64,000 nucleotides of DNA, taken from assembly GCA_013286045.1 (NCBI GenBank), contig JABDGM010000011.1, positions 1,944 to 65,943 on the forward strand, in the 5' to 3' direction. The translations under genes were made by a program, and so were the position numbers. This document shows, in pieces, positions 45,101 through 51,187 of the stretch; the stretch's first letter is position 1; each line of letters opens with the position of its first letter. Below the pieces are notes generated by a model. It searched no databases, had not been told where the DNA came from, and worked only from the letters and a program-made list of their open reading frames with translations. This DNA comes from Planctomycetota bacterium (GTDB lineage Bacteria; Planctomycetota; Planctomycetia; Pirellulales; Lacipirellulaceae).

Positions 45101-47078
45101 TTTCGTGAACGGAAGCAACATCTGGCAATACAATGGCCAACAAGCCACTCAGGTGAAGAGTATCGATCCAAATAATCCGACCATGCCAACGTCGCTCTAC
45201 CAATATGCCGCCCTCCCAGGACGGGGCATCATTTTCTCCGACGACCAAACAGGCCACGTGTGGTTCGCCGACGAATCTGGCGCCAGAGTGATCTACTCTG
45301 GAAGCCTCCAATTCACTACGGGAATCAACGGCAGCATCGTAGGCAACTTCGGATTCGTCGATGCCGAACAATACGATCCCAGCGCAAGCGCCATCTCCAA
45401 CGTGGTGTTGCAGATCAATTTCAACACTAACTCCGACCCCACGGTCCGCTCGATATTTAATTCTCCCTATCAGATCGACTACAGCAACATGATGCCATTC
45501 GGCGGCGGACTAATCTTCGACGCCATAGCGCCGGCGAACCAGGCCGAGACGTTGTATTGGTACGACCCAGCGTCGAGTCAGCTGCATTCGCTGCTGAGTT
45601 CGACGTCCATCGGATCATTCGGCCAGTTCACGATCGGCAACAATGGCGACAACACTCAGACCCTTTATTTTATCGAGAACGCGTTTGGATTTGCGATCTT
45701 AGATACTTTGAACTCCTCACAATTGAGTGCAGCACATCCGACGATCACGATGAATGAATCTTTCAACGAAGTTGACAATTCCACGGCCTATGCAGACGGG
45801 AGATTGGTCGTCATGGAGACGAAGCCCGGCAGCAACGGCGAGTCCGTTCAACTCTATTTGTCCAATGGCGGCGGGGGAAATACCCAGCCCGTTGGCCAAC
45901 CATTTAATCTCGGTTCTTATGGCAGCGTGTCGCAGCCGATCGTCATTGGAAATGATGTTTACTTCGTCTACATGCCATCCTTCGATTTCAATCAGATCAC
46001 TGATTCCACGATAACGGCGCAGATTTGGAAACTCGATGTGTCCACCACCTCTCTGAGTTCCGTCGCCAATTTCTACGGTACTGGGCCTGTGTATTACGGT
46101 TTCAACTACCTAACCGTCGGCGGCGGAAAACTCTTCTTCACGATGTACGTTTCCACTGGGAATATCGGCTTGTTCGAGTTTGATCCGGCAACGGGTGCCG
46201 CCCAAGTCCTCGGCAACCCTCAAAACGACTTCTTCAATCCCTACGGGCTCGCCTACCTCAATGGCGCACTATACTTCGCTGCCAACTCGCAAGTATTGAA
46301 AGATTCGAGTGGCGATCCAAGCTACCAGCCTTGGGAGCTTGGGCCCGCGGCGCCGGTAAACACGTTGCCGGGCGACTTCAACGGCGACGGCTCGGTCGAC
46401 GCGGCCGACTTTGTAGTCTGGCAAGCGAACAATGGCACTCAGGCCGACTACAACACATGGCGCGGCAACTTTGGACGCACTCTCTCCTCAGGAAGTGCTG
46501 AGGCCATATCGTCGGTCGTACAAGATGCATCCGTGCCAACGTCGCAGACCGCGGTGCTAGCAATTTCAAGCGGTAGCTCGGCAACAACTTCAAACGACGC
46601 CCTCGCTTCGGCACCCGTTGTCCAAGAGTTGAAGAGCGCGGCCGCCGACACGTCGCAACCGGCAGCGATTGCAGTTCTAAACGGCAACGTGTCAGAGACT
46701 TCCAACGATGCCCTCGCCTCAACAGCTGGTGCCCGGGAAGTGAAGAGTTCGGCCGCCAATACTTCGCAGCCGGCCGCGGTCCGGCTTTCACTTGACGAAT
46801 ACTTCAGTCAGTTTCCACCTGTAACTTTGCTGCGAGTTAATCGATCGGTAGGGCTCAGTTTATCGCATATTTTCAATACAGATGCCGAACTTCCTGAATC
46901 GTTCTTGTCAGACGATCTGGAGCAACTGCGAGCCGAAGAATTCTCGTTGTTTATTGACACGGCCGAAACTAAATCGGCTCTGGAAGGCTGCCGGGAAGCT
47001 GATGGTGTGCAGAGGCTATACATAGATGAACTATTTGACGACCTTGCTCCGTTACTTGTGGCGCCGCTTTCGAAATGA
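36129..47078 (+). CDS. Giant (~3,650 aa) secreted multi-domain surface/adhesin-like protein
   Basis: Single uninterrupted ORF. The track start is TTG at 36117; the first ATG is at 36129. The N-terminus carries FEELECRRLLAA. It also contains RTX-like Gly/Asp repeats, four He_PIG-type Ig domains, ELWxxDG-like propeller repeats, a dockerin-like segment and a Ser/Ala-rich tandem repeat. No PEP-CTERM tail or TM anchor is present. Confidence 0.85.
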   Translation: MLRLIPGWAQLCEQSSRRRAKKVRLPRDRRARRAAFEELECRRLLAADFTGVATNLQSALEVVQSQVTVALDAAQTGSQSHIPIVGDKLGQAAQFVSKFNDGLTQAIHDLNQITNPTDTQIKQAILNTPFIADRSGNGSVGIEDVVLTHLANFGSGGTEIEFTLLASATPVNQSLNFDTGLPGLPVKISTTGALDLSVGFAYEVAFKYNDANTVALDSNVRLPNTITAPDGNHPYVSGNHPLALFITAALSSNFHADARFGFIEGTATLVPSMPNGLYVTALVSDLTTSPTVAIDGTAGANLHLAGSFAGTDNDFPGISTDFHLNWTLSSTSGVSPPTVSFDNVALDLGKFVTNIVKPFFQDVQQATNGLKPVLDILGYPLPGLSDMSHLLGGGDITLLTLAGAGSELTGNGPLFDLVQKAIEIVKLIDNTTLQNDNISMPLGGFDLDGNDLLSASPALDISDLDAADLTNLSPSAVHKAALGLTDFVHSLGLGDAVNSLFDSMTAGKTNGFDIEFPILDHPEQVVFSMILGQDADMFSLEADADITSHAESASGLSIFGMPIIYSGDVHFQTHFKIAYDTYGLRELINGLANGHLSAGNVFSDVTDGFYISDDSYFNLSGDIKAGAGLSLGIFDFDVSGDVGTGDFGTTPVSITFDTTPTGKVRFANVDSTIHRTGELDADLGIEVDIGKEILGHFFGVRKRFNLDHEVLIYFGSNDPPILASQPDANGNVLLYLGENATLRHGYGLDNPVDGDESFIVRHLATNLDGSENIKVYAFGVSEEIDNVRSISAFDNLGNLTITVTPGVTSNVHFVGGQGSANLTYMGSGTAELYAGALASVLTGGSGMNVLVGGPMDDEITGGSSSNELDGGDGNDTITLGSGSNNVSGGSGHNIIIIPTPILQNATVVGGTNPNNSLQILGSTDTVAISAEPSNGAIDVGIQNTFANPVVHVIVSAIGDVFINGQDSATNFTIGDLSAVGVHQLSMSIVASFTTARTIDLDTRINDQASSVGIHDLLNQYDDPQHPGQTITEHGATIVNSTTGLTTQLLGFAGDDTLTFHHHGGSIAVDALGFTSGNFVFDTAERSPGQADSITITTPSRDNGITLAMTSSGNDVLITTMSYTSFRVEGDTTLDSLDLEVSAATSGANTLTFDASTVKGAFTVHALADATAIDRMTLSQVGQLTVASIFGQASTTDLLLATGQLALIEHDVTVSNVQLKINNSSEAAGGYFELTASTFGNWLIPALGIAPRLNFSGLRSDMEIFAAAGDRFQLDITPPSITSLTIHNASKVVQDLVYTANWAVPLALIGNFAFFAGQTLSSDGTVNRIKRLINVHSAVTLEFVGDAPSQVVLDGDADAPGAQYTLQKNTITNSTVGLSVAIKGYRSVDTLYVYMPGANMVADLPTTSIGQIYFDGQARLSGTNPAAPNTITIHGRYGSAQLTPLSTYNSLLANGNNVYLLGSMPQDSLAVDVPTNVLITAGMPTQLDLDQNPDAYATVTSSLYGSTLIGWKSGARPTDNGGFFVFPNVDDDQWSSVFAPGPGNGTPPNPFEDQPYGIEMPSTDSQLTVIYHTWENINGVRTLVDQVPIVGTARFWTVNPNPVAVDNNVQLNASQVRGTFNFNVTGPDYDYIRQLETGMFSATELSVSYTAPFYVWGNHYDDMRIAFGQSNITLTDVNPQLSVAINSGNKNYTYPGGSFQGSFPDNDSTVLRSPYPVTTLNVGNGTLASIQGNVSVQNMIVNVDDSAGTNANNLILTSTTLGTWTTTGGTTNPVLTIGSLDSRTFTVIAGTTDRLDIEAVPSTAGLTSIQTANNSTSPVDAYLMGRAQASHFQAVGNINLHIGDRLNANGSVTLAGQVSGTWATDSTSVPINYQYTGTNGHGLLVYDAANTSAGLAEMAIGPVTGDTTKQQLVFNNSKTSVIYGASTDVSYYEPVFGVSNIFNLIDNRLNGAVHYYANASGPFSRVNVQAAFGPVEVDGRGVNTDVEISPASFGVLGLGTSPVGNDLSTTILAPVTVTHATLAIRPDTLSTPAPSQPKNVVIGTSQITGIAGAAIQYSNLVDTVTFDTIPGLMVQMPRFAANLTVAGTLAGVTTGVSVIGQSMLSTQVTGTSGRLALGTFDENGTYFFVDGGQEFNYTTQSLTIGNGSVQNVHGDVLVGGTGHFSTLSGMVIDDRNDTAGRTATFNTTSLTNSNAPTLAGLASGNIAMRQVSGGLTVYSAAGSHWTLQGIDSLGPATMYAGVGTIVDLAGPPGNFSNSAVIPRWTVYGAGTVRLNPGAVPKVNSLQFPIIKADPARPADITQLIVDHTNVQAVFFDDNSVPSGVNNFIQVLDKSSDGLGRVSLGNSTDLQTEVEFAPTTTQLTVTGDHSNTPQINILDTVALSTTINPNFNQVNVLGTTAPLDITQSALRFSGDAANVILGNSNSMQALHGDITLDGSNATLPTMPAMLSFAADSTNHVVTFANPSSGHVDITGLAPAAIHVVGTLVAPSITAGSGNNTLVGGNAANSWIINAANGGTLNSLFKFAGFRNLTGGMGADTFRFTPAGSITGNLDGGPGIDSLTYDNLSTWHTLSYNLAQGIAPLVGGTASNLEIVPIDHGSGSNQTSFINDVVSYSPLSIFGGLGAFTYSATGLPTGLSIDAHTGAITGTIATQLSGDHAVHVSATDGYNSAATDFTWTIQTFSLINPGTIRSHAGDVVSLPIQVQGSAAGLTFSATSLPDGLSIDPATGLISGTLTPQAAEAESYGTIVSATDGGSVQSVSFVWLVPSFALQNPGDLTIPEGAPLHIPLLAYNLSGDSLAYDVDLSDNFYVDSQGILRGKFGFYGEPVSFDVTVMANDNYVTDSVEFTITTEPGFDISGNDDRRTSDGTPIDTQITVSSPYGDQLSVAVSGLPQGLTIDDNLHITGTISRSAVSSTPYHVTVAVTNETVGYTYDAGFDWTVIHVPTAAEINNGSPAGVPFLITTFDPDSFAALTQFQDVTYGSGATTHTVVYFVNGSNIWQYNGQQATQVKSIDPNNPTMPTSLYQYAALPGRGIIFSDDQTGHVWFADESGARVIYSGSLQFTTGINGSIVGNFGFVDAEQYDPSASAISNVVLQINFNTNSDPTVRSIFNSPYQIDYSNMMPFGGGLIFDAIAPANQAETLYWYDPASSQLHSLLSSTSIGSFGQFTIGNNGDNTQTLYFIENAFGFAILDTLNSSQLSAAHPTITMNESFNEVDNSTAYADGRLVVMETKPGSNGESVQLYLSNGGGGNTQPVGQPFNLGSYGSVSQPIVIGNDVYFVYMPSFDFNQITDSTITAQIWKLDVSTTSLSSVANFYGTGPVYYGFNYLTVGGGKLFFTMYVSTGNIGLFEFDPATGAAQVLGNPQNDFFNPYGLAYLNGALYFAANSQVLKDSSGDPSYQPWELGPAAPVNTLPGDFNGDGSVDAADFVVWQANNGTQADYNTWRGNFGRTLSSGSAEAISSVVQDASVPTSQTAVLAISSGSSATTSNDALASAPVVQELKSAAADTSQPAAIAVLNGNVSETSNDALASTAGAREVKSSAANTSQPAAVRLSLDEYFSQFPPVTLLRVNRSVGLSLSHIFNTDAELPESFLSDDLEQLRAEEFSLFIDTAETKSALEGCREADGVQRLYIDELFDDLAPLLVAPLSK
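36234..36269 (+). other. N-terminal 'LE.RRLL' motif of the giant protein
   Basis: FEELECRRLLAA follows an Arg-rich leader (RRRAKKVRLPRDRRARR). I recognise this motif as recurrent at N-termini of very large planctomycete extracellular proteins. Confidence 0.5.
38654..38810 (+). other. RTX/hemolysin-type Ca-binding-like glycine-rich repeats within the giant protein
   Basis: GGSGMNVLVGGPMDDEITGGSSSNELDGGDGNDTITLGSGSNNVSGGSGHNI. A second block near 43600-43830 reads GSGNNTLVGGNAANSW...FRNLTGGMGADTFRF...LDGGPGIDSLTY. Confidence 0.6.
43965..44950 (+). other. Four tandem He_PIG-type (putative Ig / dystroglycan-cadherin-like) domains within the giant protein
   Basis: YSATGLPTGLSIDAHTGAITGTI; FSATSLPDGLSIDPATGLISGTLTP; a degenerate third copy; VSGLPQGLTIDDNLHITGTIS. 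Spacing is about 85 aa. Confidence 0.7.
46365..46481 (+). other. Dockerin-like (EF-hand-like) segment in the giant protein C-terminal region
   Basis: LPGDFNGDGSVDAADFVVWQANNGTQADYNTWRGNFGRT. The same motif class precedes the PEP-CTERM tails at 19799..21157 and 12911..13135. Confidence 0.65.
46587..46778 (+). repeat. Two copies of an ~81-nt coding repeat (period 111 nt) in the giant protein tail
   Basis: ACTTCAAACGACGCCCTCGCTTCGGCA...ACGTCGCAACCGGCAGCG versus ACTTCCAACGATGCCCTCGCCTCAACA...ACTTCGCAGCCGGCCGCG. At protein level: TSNDALASAPVVQELKSAAADTSQPAA and TSNDALASTAGAREVKSSAANTSQPAA. Confidence 0.7.
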
Positions 47079-47117
47079 CTTCCTCAGCGAGATTGAGTTA
47101 CGGTTGCCGAGGTATTC

Positions 47118-47711
47118 CTATTCGGCTCGGAGGTGGCCAATCATCAGATCGCCCATCCTTAGGAACTCATGACCCGGAACTGACACGGCACGGGTTTTTA
47201 ATCCAAGTTGGTTGCCGACCAAGTTAAACAGGACACAAGAGGAGACGCAATTACATTTGTGCTCATCCAACAGTGTTCGAATATTGATCTGATCATCTTT
47301 AAAACCGCTTTTGAACTGAGTCGCGAGTAAGTATAGCGCCAGGAGACTGACTTTCTTTTCGGGTGTATCGCGAAGACCAATGACCTTGCTGGATATGAAT
47401 GTGATTTTCTTGATCTTGGCGATGTAGAGTTCGCGAGTCTCTTTGTCGGCCACGCCGGATGCCACGAGGACGGCGTCGGGCTCGTCGCACTTGCTGCCTT
47501 GGCCGGCGGCGATCTTTTTGAAGAGCTCGAGTTCTTCCGGCAACACGAGTGGCGGATCAGTATCGCCCACGAGGGCGACCACTTCGTTGAGAGCAACGAG
47601 CGGGGCGAGGTGGAAGGGAGGATTGTCTTTGTCTTCCGCGGCGGCCGTGTGCGTGAGGGCGGCAAGGATGATCGAGGCGTAATGGACGAGATGGAATGAT
47701 TTTGTACGCAT
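47118..47711 (-). pseudogene. C-terminally truncated paralog of the SirB1-like (transglutaminase-like core 2) protein
   Basis: Aligns with 47837..48841 from the signal peptide through NCVSSCVLFNLVGNQLGLKTRAVSVPGHEFLRM. It then diverges and stops after 12 more residues (GDLMIGHLRAE), losing the ~140 aa helical C-terminus. The stop lies 40 nt from the giant gene stop. Confidence 0.55.
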
Positions 47712-47836
47712 GGCAAAACCCTTGATCGCGATACTTGTCTGAAAACTTTGCTCAAACCTTTTCGGATAGCTTATACGAGCGGAACCGACCTCTTACAGCC
47801 CGCGTCGAAAAAATGCCGCGAAAGACGCCAGCAACC

Positions 47837-48841
47837 TTAGCTTTTCGCGACGAGCTTGGCGCCACGGGCGGCGGCTACTTGTTGGAAGAGTTTGCTGGAG
47901 CTGTTGCGGAGCAGTTGGCCGTAGATGGCGGCGATCTTTTGGGCCTTATCGTAGTTCTTCTGCTTGAGCGTGAGGTTGAACCAGGTGTGGAGCGTGGCTT
48001 CGAGCTGATAGGCGGTCGCCGGATGTTTGGGGTCGAGGCAGGCCGCCTTGAGAATTGTGGCGACGGCTTGTTCGGTATGGTTCTTCGCGAGCTGAAAGTT
48101 GCACTCGTCTACGTAGATCTCGCCGATCAGACCCAAGTTGCCGGATTCGAACGTGCGATTGTTGCCGAAGATCGTTTTCCAGTTACTGGTCGCTTTTAAC
48201 CAGAAATCGTTGACGATTAGTTCATGCGTGTCAGCGGTCAGGGTGGTTCCAGCGACGGGTTCGATAATCAAGTTGTCCATGCGAAGAAACACGTGGCCTG
48301 GAATCGTGACCGCGATAGTTTTTAGTCCGAGCTGATTGCCGACTAAGTTGAATAGGACGGAGGAAGAGACGCAATTGAACTTGCCGTCGTCCAACACCTT
48401 TCGCATATTGACTTGGCCATCATCGAAACCGCCGTGGAGCGGATTCTTGTATAAGTATCGGGCCGAGGCGTCGGCTTTCTTCTCGGGTGTTTTGGCATCG
48501 GCAACAACTTGGCGGGCTTGGTCGGTGATTTTTTTGATTTTCGCGATGTAGCTTTCGCGGGTCGCTTTATCGGTGACACCAGAGACGACGAGGATCGCGT
48601 CGGACTCATCGCACTTGCTGGCTTGGCCGGCGGCGATCTTTTTGTAGAGCTCCATTTCATCGGCCGAAACCACTGGTTGGTCGGTGTGGCCCATGAGGAC
48701 GACGGCCTCATTGAGGGCGGTGAGCGCGGCGACGTGGTGTGGTTGGAGGCGGTCGAAGGTATCTGCGGCGGCGGCCGAATGGGTGAGTGCTGCCAGGGTG
48801 ATTGAGGTGGTCAGGCAAATTTGGAATGACTTGGCACGCAT
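47837..48841 (-). CDS. Secreted SirB1/YchA-like protein (transglutaminase-like core 2 + helical/TPR-like C-terminus)
   Basis: Signal peptide (ITLAALTHSAAAA). FNCVSSSVLFNLVGNQLGLKTIAVTIPGHVFLRMDNLIIEPVAG resembles the Transglut_core2 signature (G.C.S.S.L......LGL....V..PGH.FLR......IEP). A helical C-terminal region follows. Confidence 0.6.
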   Translation of the reverse strand: MRAKSFQICLTTSITLAALTHSAAAADTFDRLQPHHVAALTALNEAVVLMGHTDQPVVSADEMELYKKIAAGQASKCDESDAILVVSGVTDKATRESYIAKIKKITDQARQVVADAKTPEKKADASARYLYKNPLHGGFDDGQVNMRKVLDDGKFNCVSSSVLFNLVGNQLGLKTIAVTIPGHVFLRMDNLIIEPVAGTTLTADTHELIVNDFWLKATSNWKTIFGNNRTFESGNLGLIGEIYVDECNFQLAKNHTEQAVATILKAACLDPKHPATAYQLEATLHTWFNLTLKQKNYDKAQKIAAIYGQLLRNSSSKLFQQVAAARGAKLVAKS

Positions 48842-49625
48842 GGCGGAAACCCTTAATCCAATACCAGCTAAAAACTCCCGAAGCCCTTCTCTGCTAGCTC
48901 TTACGGGTAGAAACGGAAGTGTTACGCCGGCCGTTTAAAATTCCGAAATTGGGCGACGGAGCGTTGACTGGGTAAGGTGCAATGCGTCAGTTTTTGGCGA
49001 CGAGGCGGGCGCTGCAGCCGGCGGCGACGGTCGGCAATGTCCACCAAGCGATCACACCAAATGCTCTGTGTGCTATCGGCAATGGTCGCTATTCGCAGTC
49101 GAAAACTGCGAGAGCGTGTGGCATGTCGAACGTCACCTTCAGCCGCTTCTTGAGGAGGAAGCGAGACACGCACCCGTTCGCCCGCCCCGATCTCGACCCC
49201 GATTGGTAGGTGCTGGGATGCGGTCCGGACAGACAGGCCCAGCTAATCGCGCAATGGGTCCGTGTTTGTGATGAGTCGATAGCCATATAAGACATCAACC
49301 GTAGCAGGGGCGATTCGAGACGCCAAATACGTGCCAGGAATTTGGGCGAGATACTAATAGGCTTTCTCGCAGCGCGCGCGAGCGCGATTCGAATTCAATT
49401 AGGCGAATGCCATAAATGTTGGTTAGAAGGCACTCGTCGCTCTAAGTCTTGGGGCCGCCAAGTTTTCCGAGGCCGATGTTTGAGAACTCATGTCATCAAT
49501 CAAAATGCCGAGAACTCATATGCGGGTTGGTTTCTTGACGTCATCGATCTGCACCCGAGCTAGAATTCCGTGACATGGATCGAACAGGTTGGGAGTACGA
49601 GCGGTCCACGGGCGAGATGCAGATA

Positions 49626-49653
49626 AATCCGACACAAATCCGACACAGCACGG
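49626..49653 (+). repeat. Direct repeat R2, right copy (AATCCGACACAAATCCGACACAGCACGG)
   Basis: Matches 29669..29696 at 27 of 28 positions. It lies 136 nt to the left of the right copy of R1. Confidence 0.6.
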
Positions 49654-49789
49654 GCAATCCTATGCCCCTTCGGATGCCACGCCATTGCCAGGCGAAGGTG
49701 GAAGAGAATTGAAAAATATGCGATGAATTCCCGCTTTCCCAAGTGTCCGCCCTGCATTAGCCCGGCAAGACCAACGCGGCTGGATTACA

Positions 49790-49811
49790 TTCAAATCCTA
49801 ATTACCCAGCT
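49790..49811 (+). repeat. Direct repeat R1, right copy (TTCAAATCCTAATTACCCAGCT)
   Basis: Matches 29581..29602 at 21 of 22 positions. It overlaps the stop codon region of the minus-strand ORF 49802..50053. Confidence 0.6.
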
Positions 49812-50053
49812 TCTTTTCTCCCGCGTCCTGCGTACAGAGGCAATTCGCCAGAGCCGGCGGCATGCCAGTCTGTGGGCTTCACGCCCCACTCGTTCTCGGC
49901 GCAGAGGCATGCCGTTGGAAGATTATCCTGTAGATAATCGTGCGTATTCTGCCCGTTGAGATAGCGAAATACATAAAAACCTACTTCGGGTAGGTCTTCG
50001 ATGATCTCGAATCGCTCTGCACCACGTTCTGCGACAAATAGGAGTCCGGCCAT
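49802..50053 (-). CDS. Hypothetical small cytoplasmic protein (83 aa)
   Basis: ATG-started ORF, co-oriented with the downstream array, with reasonable composition (FEIIEDLPEVGFYVFRYLNGQNTHDYLQDNL...). I do not recognise a family with confidence. Confidence 0.45.
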   Translation of the reverse strand: MAGLLFVAERGAERFEIIEDLPEVGFYVFRYLNGQNTHDYLQDNLPTACLCAENEWGVKPTDWHAAGSGELPLYAGRGRKEAG

Positions 50054-50075
50054 AATCCCATCATCCTACCGCGGA

Positions 50076-50537
50076 CTAGCGGAGCCACACGATCAGCCCC
50101 AGCCCAACGGCAATTATCGTCGTGGCGATTAGGAGAGTGCGGAGGCTAAAACGATATCGTACCCAAGGGAATACGGCGAGTCCGATAGGAAATAGCGCTA
50201 GGAGCCAAACGGCACAGCGAGCCTCTAATTTGGAAGAACTCCAATTGAATGTAAATCGCGAAACATCCCTTCCGATGTTTGGTCCAAAATCGTCGTATTT
50301 CCAATTGTGCGCCCCCGGCGAGACGAAAGATTCGAAGTAATTAAGATCTTCATGCACGAACGATAGAGTGCCCGTATCAGAAATGAACTTGGTGCAGAAC
50401 AAGTTTTCGCTGGTTCGGCTCAGTGTTTCCACCGTTTTGTAGCTTCGCGCCCGCAACGCAACCAGCAACACCGCCGCAATTCCCCACGTCACCAACCACG
50501 CGATTCGCAGACCACGTACTAATCTGGGGCGATTCAT
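50076..50537 (-). CDS. Three-TM membrane protein, paralog A of a conserved-end/variable-centre family
   Basis: N-terminus LRIAWLVTWGIAAVLLVALRARSY and C-terminus YRFSLRTLLIATTIIAVGLGLIVWLR are shared with 51375..51791 and 52131..52544. Its ATG overlaps the stop of the LRR gene (ATGA). Confidence 0.65.
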   Translation of the reverse strand: MNRPRLVRGLRIAWLVTWGIAAVLLVALRARSYKTVETLSRTSENLFCTKFISDTGTLSFVHEDLNYFESFVSPGAHNWKYDDFGPNIGRDVSRFTFNWSSSKLEARCAVWLLALFPIGLAVFPWVRYRFSLRTLLIATTIIAVGLGLIVWLR

Positions 50538-51187
50538 TTGCTTTGAAGCTCAGGCGAAACTGCCGCGTTATCCGCCTCATAGCCGTAGTGTAATGTGCAA
50601 TCGGGGCGAAGCTCTTTGAATTTTGCCGCTCCTAGGTCCGTTACTTTAGAGTTGGTGACAACTACATTCTTAAGTTTCGGGAGGGATGCAAGCCGTAACA
50701 ACTCTTGGTCGGTAACATTCGTTCCGTACAGACTTACATCTTCTAATGCCGTAAGTTTTGTTAGAACGGTTACTTCGTCGTCCCCAATCGTCGAACTGGT
50801 GAGTCCCAGCAATCTAACTGTTTTCAGGTTGCCGAGCGGGGCTAGGGTACCAGTGCCGCCTACGAAGCTATCCATGAGCACGATGTCTGGAATTACAAAG
50901 AAGTGGTCGCCAAGAATCGACCGTAAAAATTTACCGCCCGGCGGCGGGCTGTTGGAAAAGCGGTCGGCTTTGTAATCCCATTCGTGGCGATAGCCGATGT
51001 GCGCACCGATCGCTGTTAGTTGGCGAACCGTCTCTTTCTGCAAAGCTGCGGCATCAAGCCGATTGCGGAACCAGTAAAGTCCAATCCCGGCAAATGACAT
51101 TGCTGCGAGCGTTGTCCGCAAAGAAAACCGTAGCCACGTGCGGCGTGGCATTACTTCTGATTCGGAGGAATCGTTGGACTCGTACAT
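50534..51187 (-). CDS. Membrane-anchored leucine-rich-repeat (LRR) protein
   Basis: N-terminal RFSLRTTLAAMSFAGIGLYWF anchor. C-terminal LRR units (LKTVRLLGLTSSTIGDDEVTVLTKLTALEDVSLYGTNVTDQELLRLASLPKLKNVVVTNSKVTDLG). Confidence 0.75.
   Translation of the reverse strand: MYESNDSSESEVMPRRTWLRFSLRTTLAAMSFAGIGLYWFRNRLDAAALQKETVRQLTAIGAHIGYRHEWDYKADRFSNSPPPGGKFLRSILGDHFFVIPDIVLMDSFVGGTGTLAPLGNLKTVRLLGLTSSTIGDDEVTVLTKLTALEDVSLYGTNVTDQELLRLASLPKLKNVVVTNSKVTDLGAAKFKELRPDCTLHYGYEADNAAVSPELQSK

Noticed and set aside
38453-45371. Several 150-240-aa minus-strand ORFs inside the giant gene (38453..39043, 38514..39023, 41058..41768, 43043..43492, 44781..45371).
   Set aside because: They are antisense to an 11-kb uninterrupted frame with recognisable domains. 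Their translations are low-complexity (Arg/Gly/Val/Pro).
47198-47755. 185-aa ORF overlapping 47118..47711 in another frame. The analogous 48343..48711 overlaps 47837..48841.
   Set aside because: Paralogy between the two SirB1-like genes, including signal peptides, supports the other frame. These are Ser/Pro/Arg-rich shadows.
48982-49209. 75-aa ORF with a faint HTH-like stretch (SKTARACGMSNVTFSRFLR).
   Set aside because: It is too short and low-scoring by eye and has no SD or terminator. I keep it only as a note within the non-coding-region finding.
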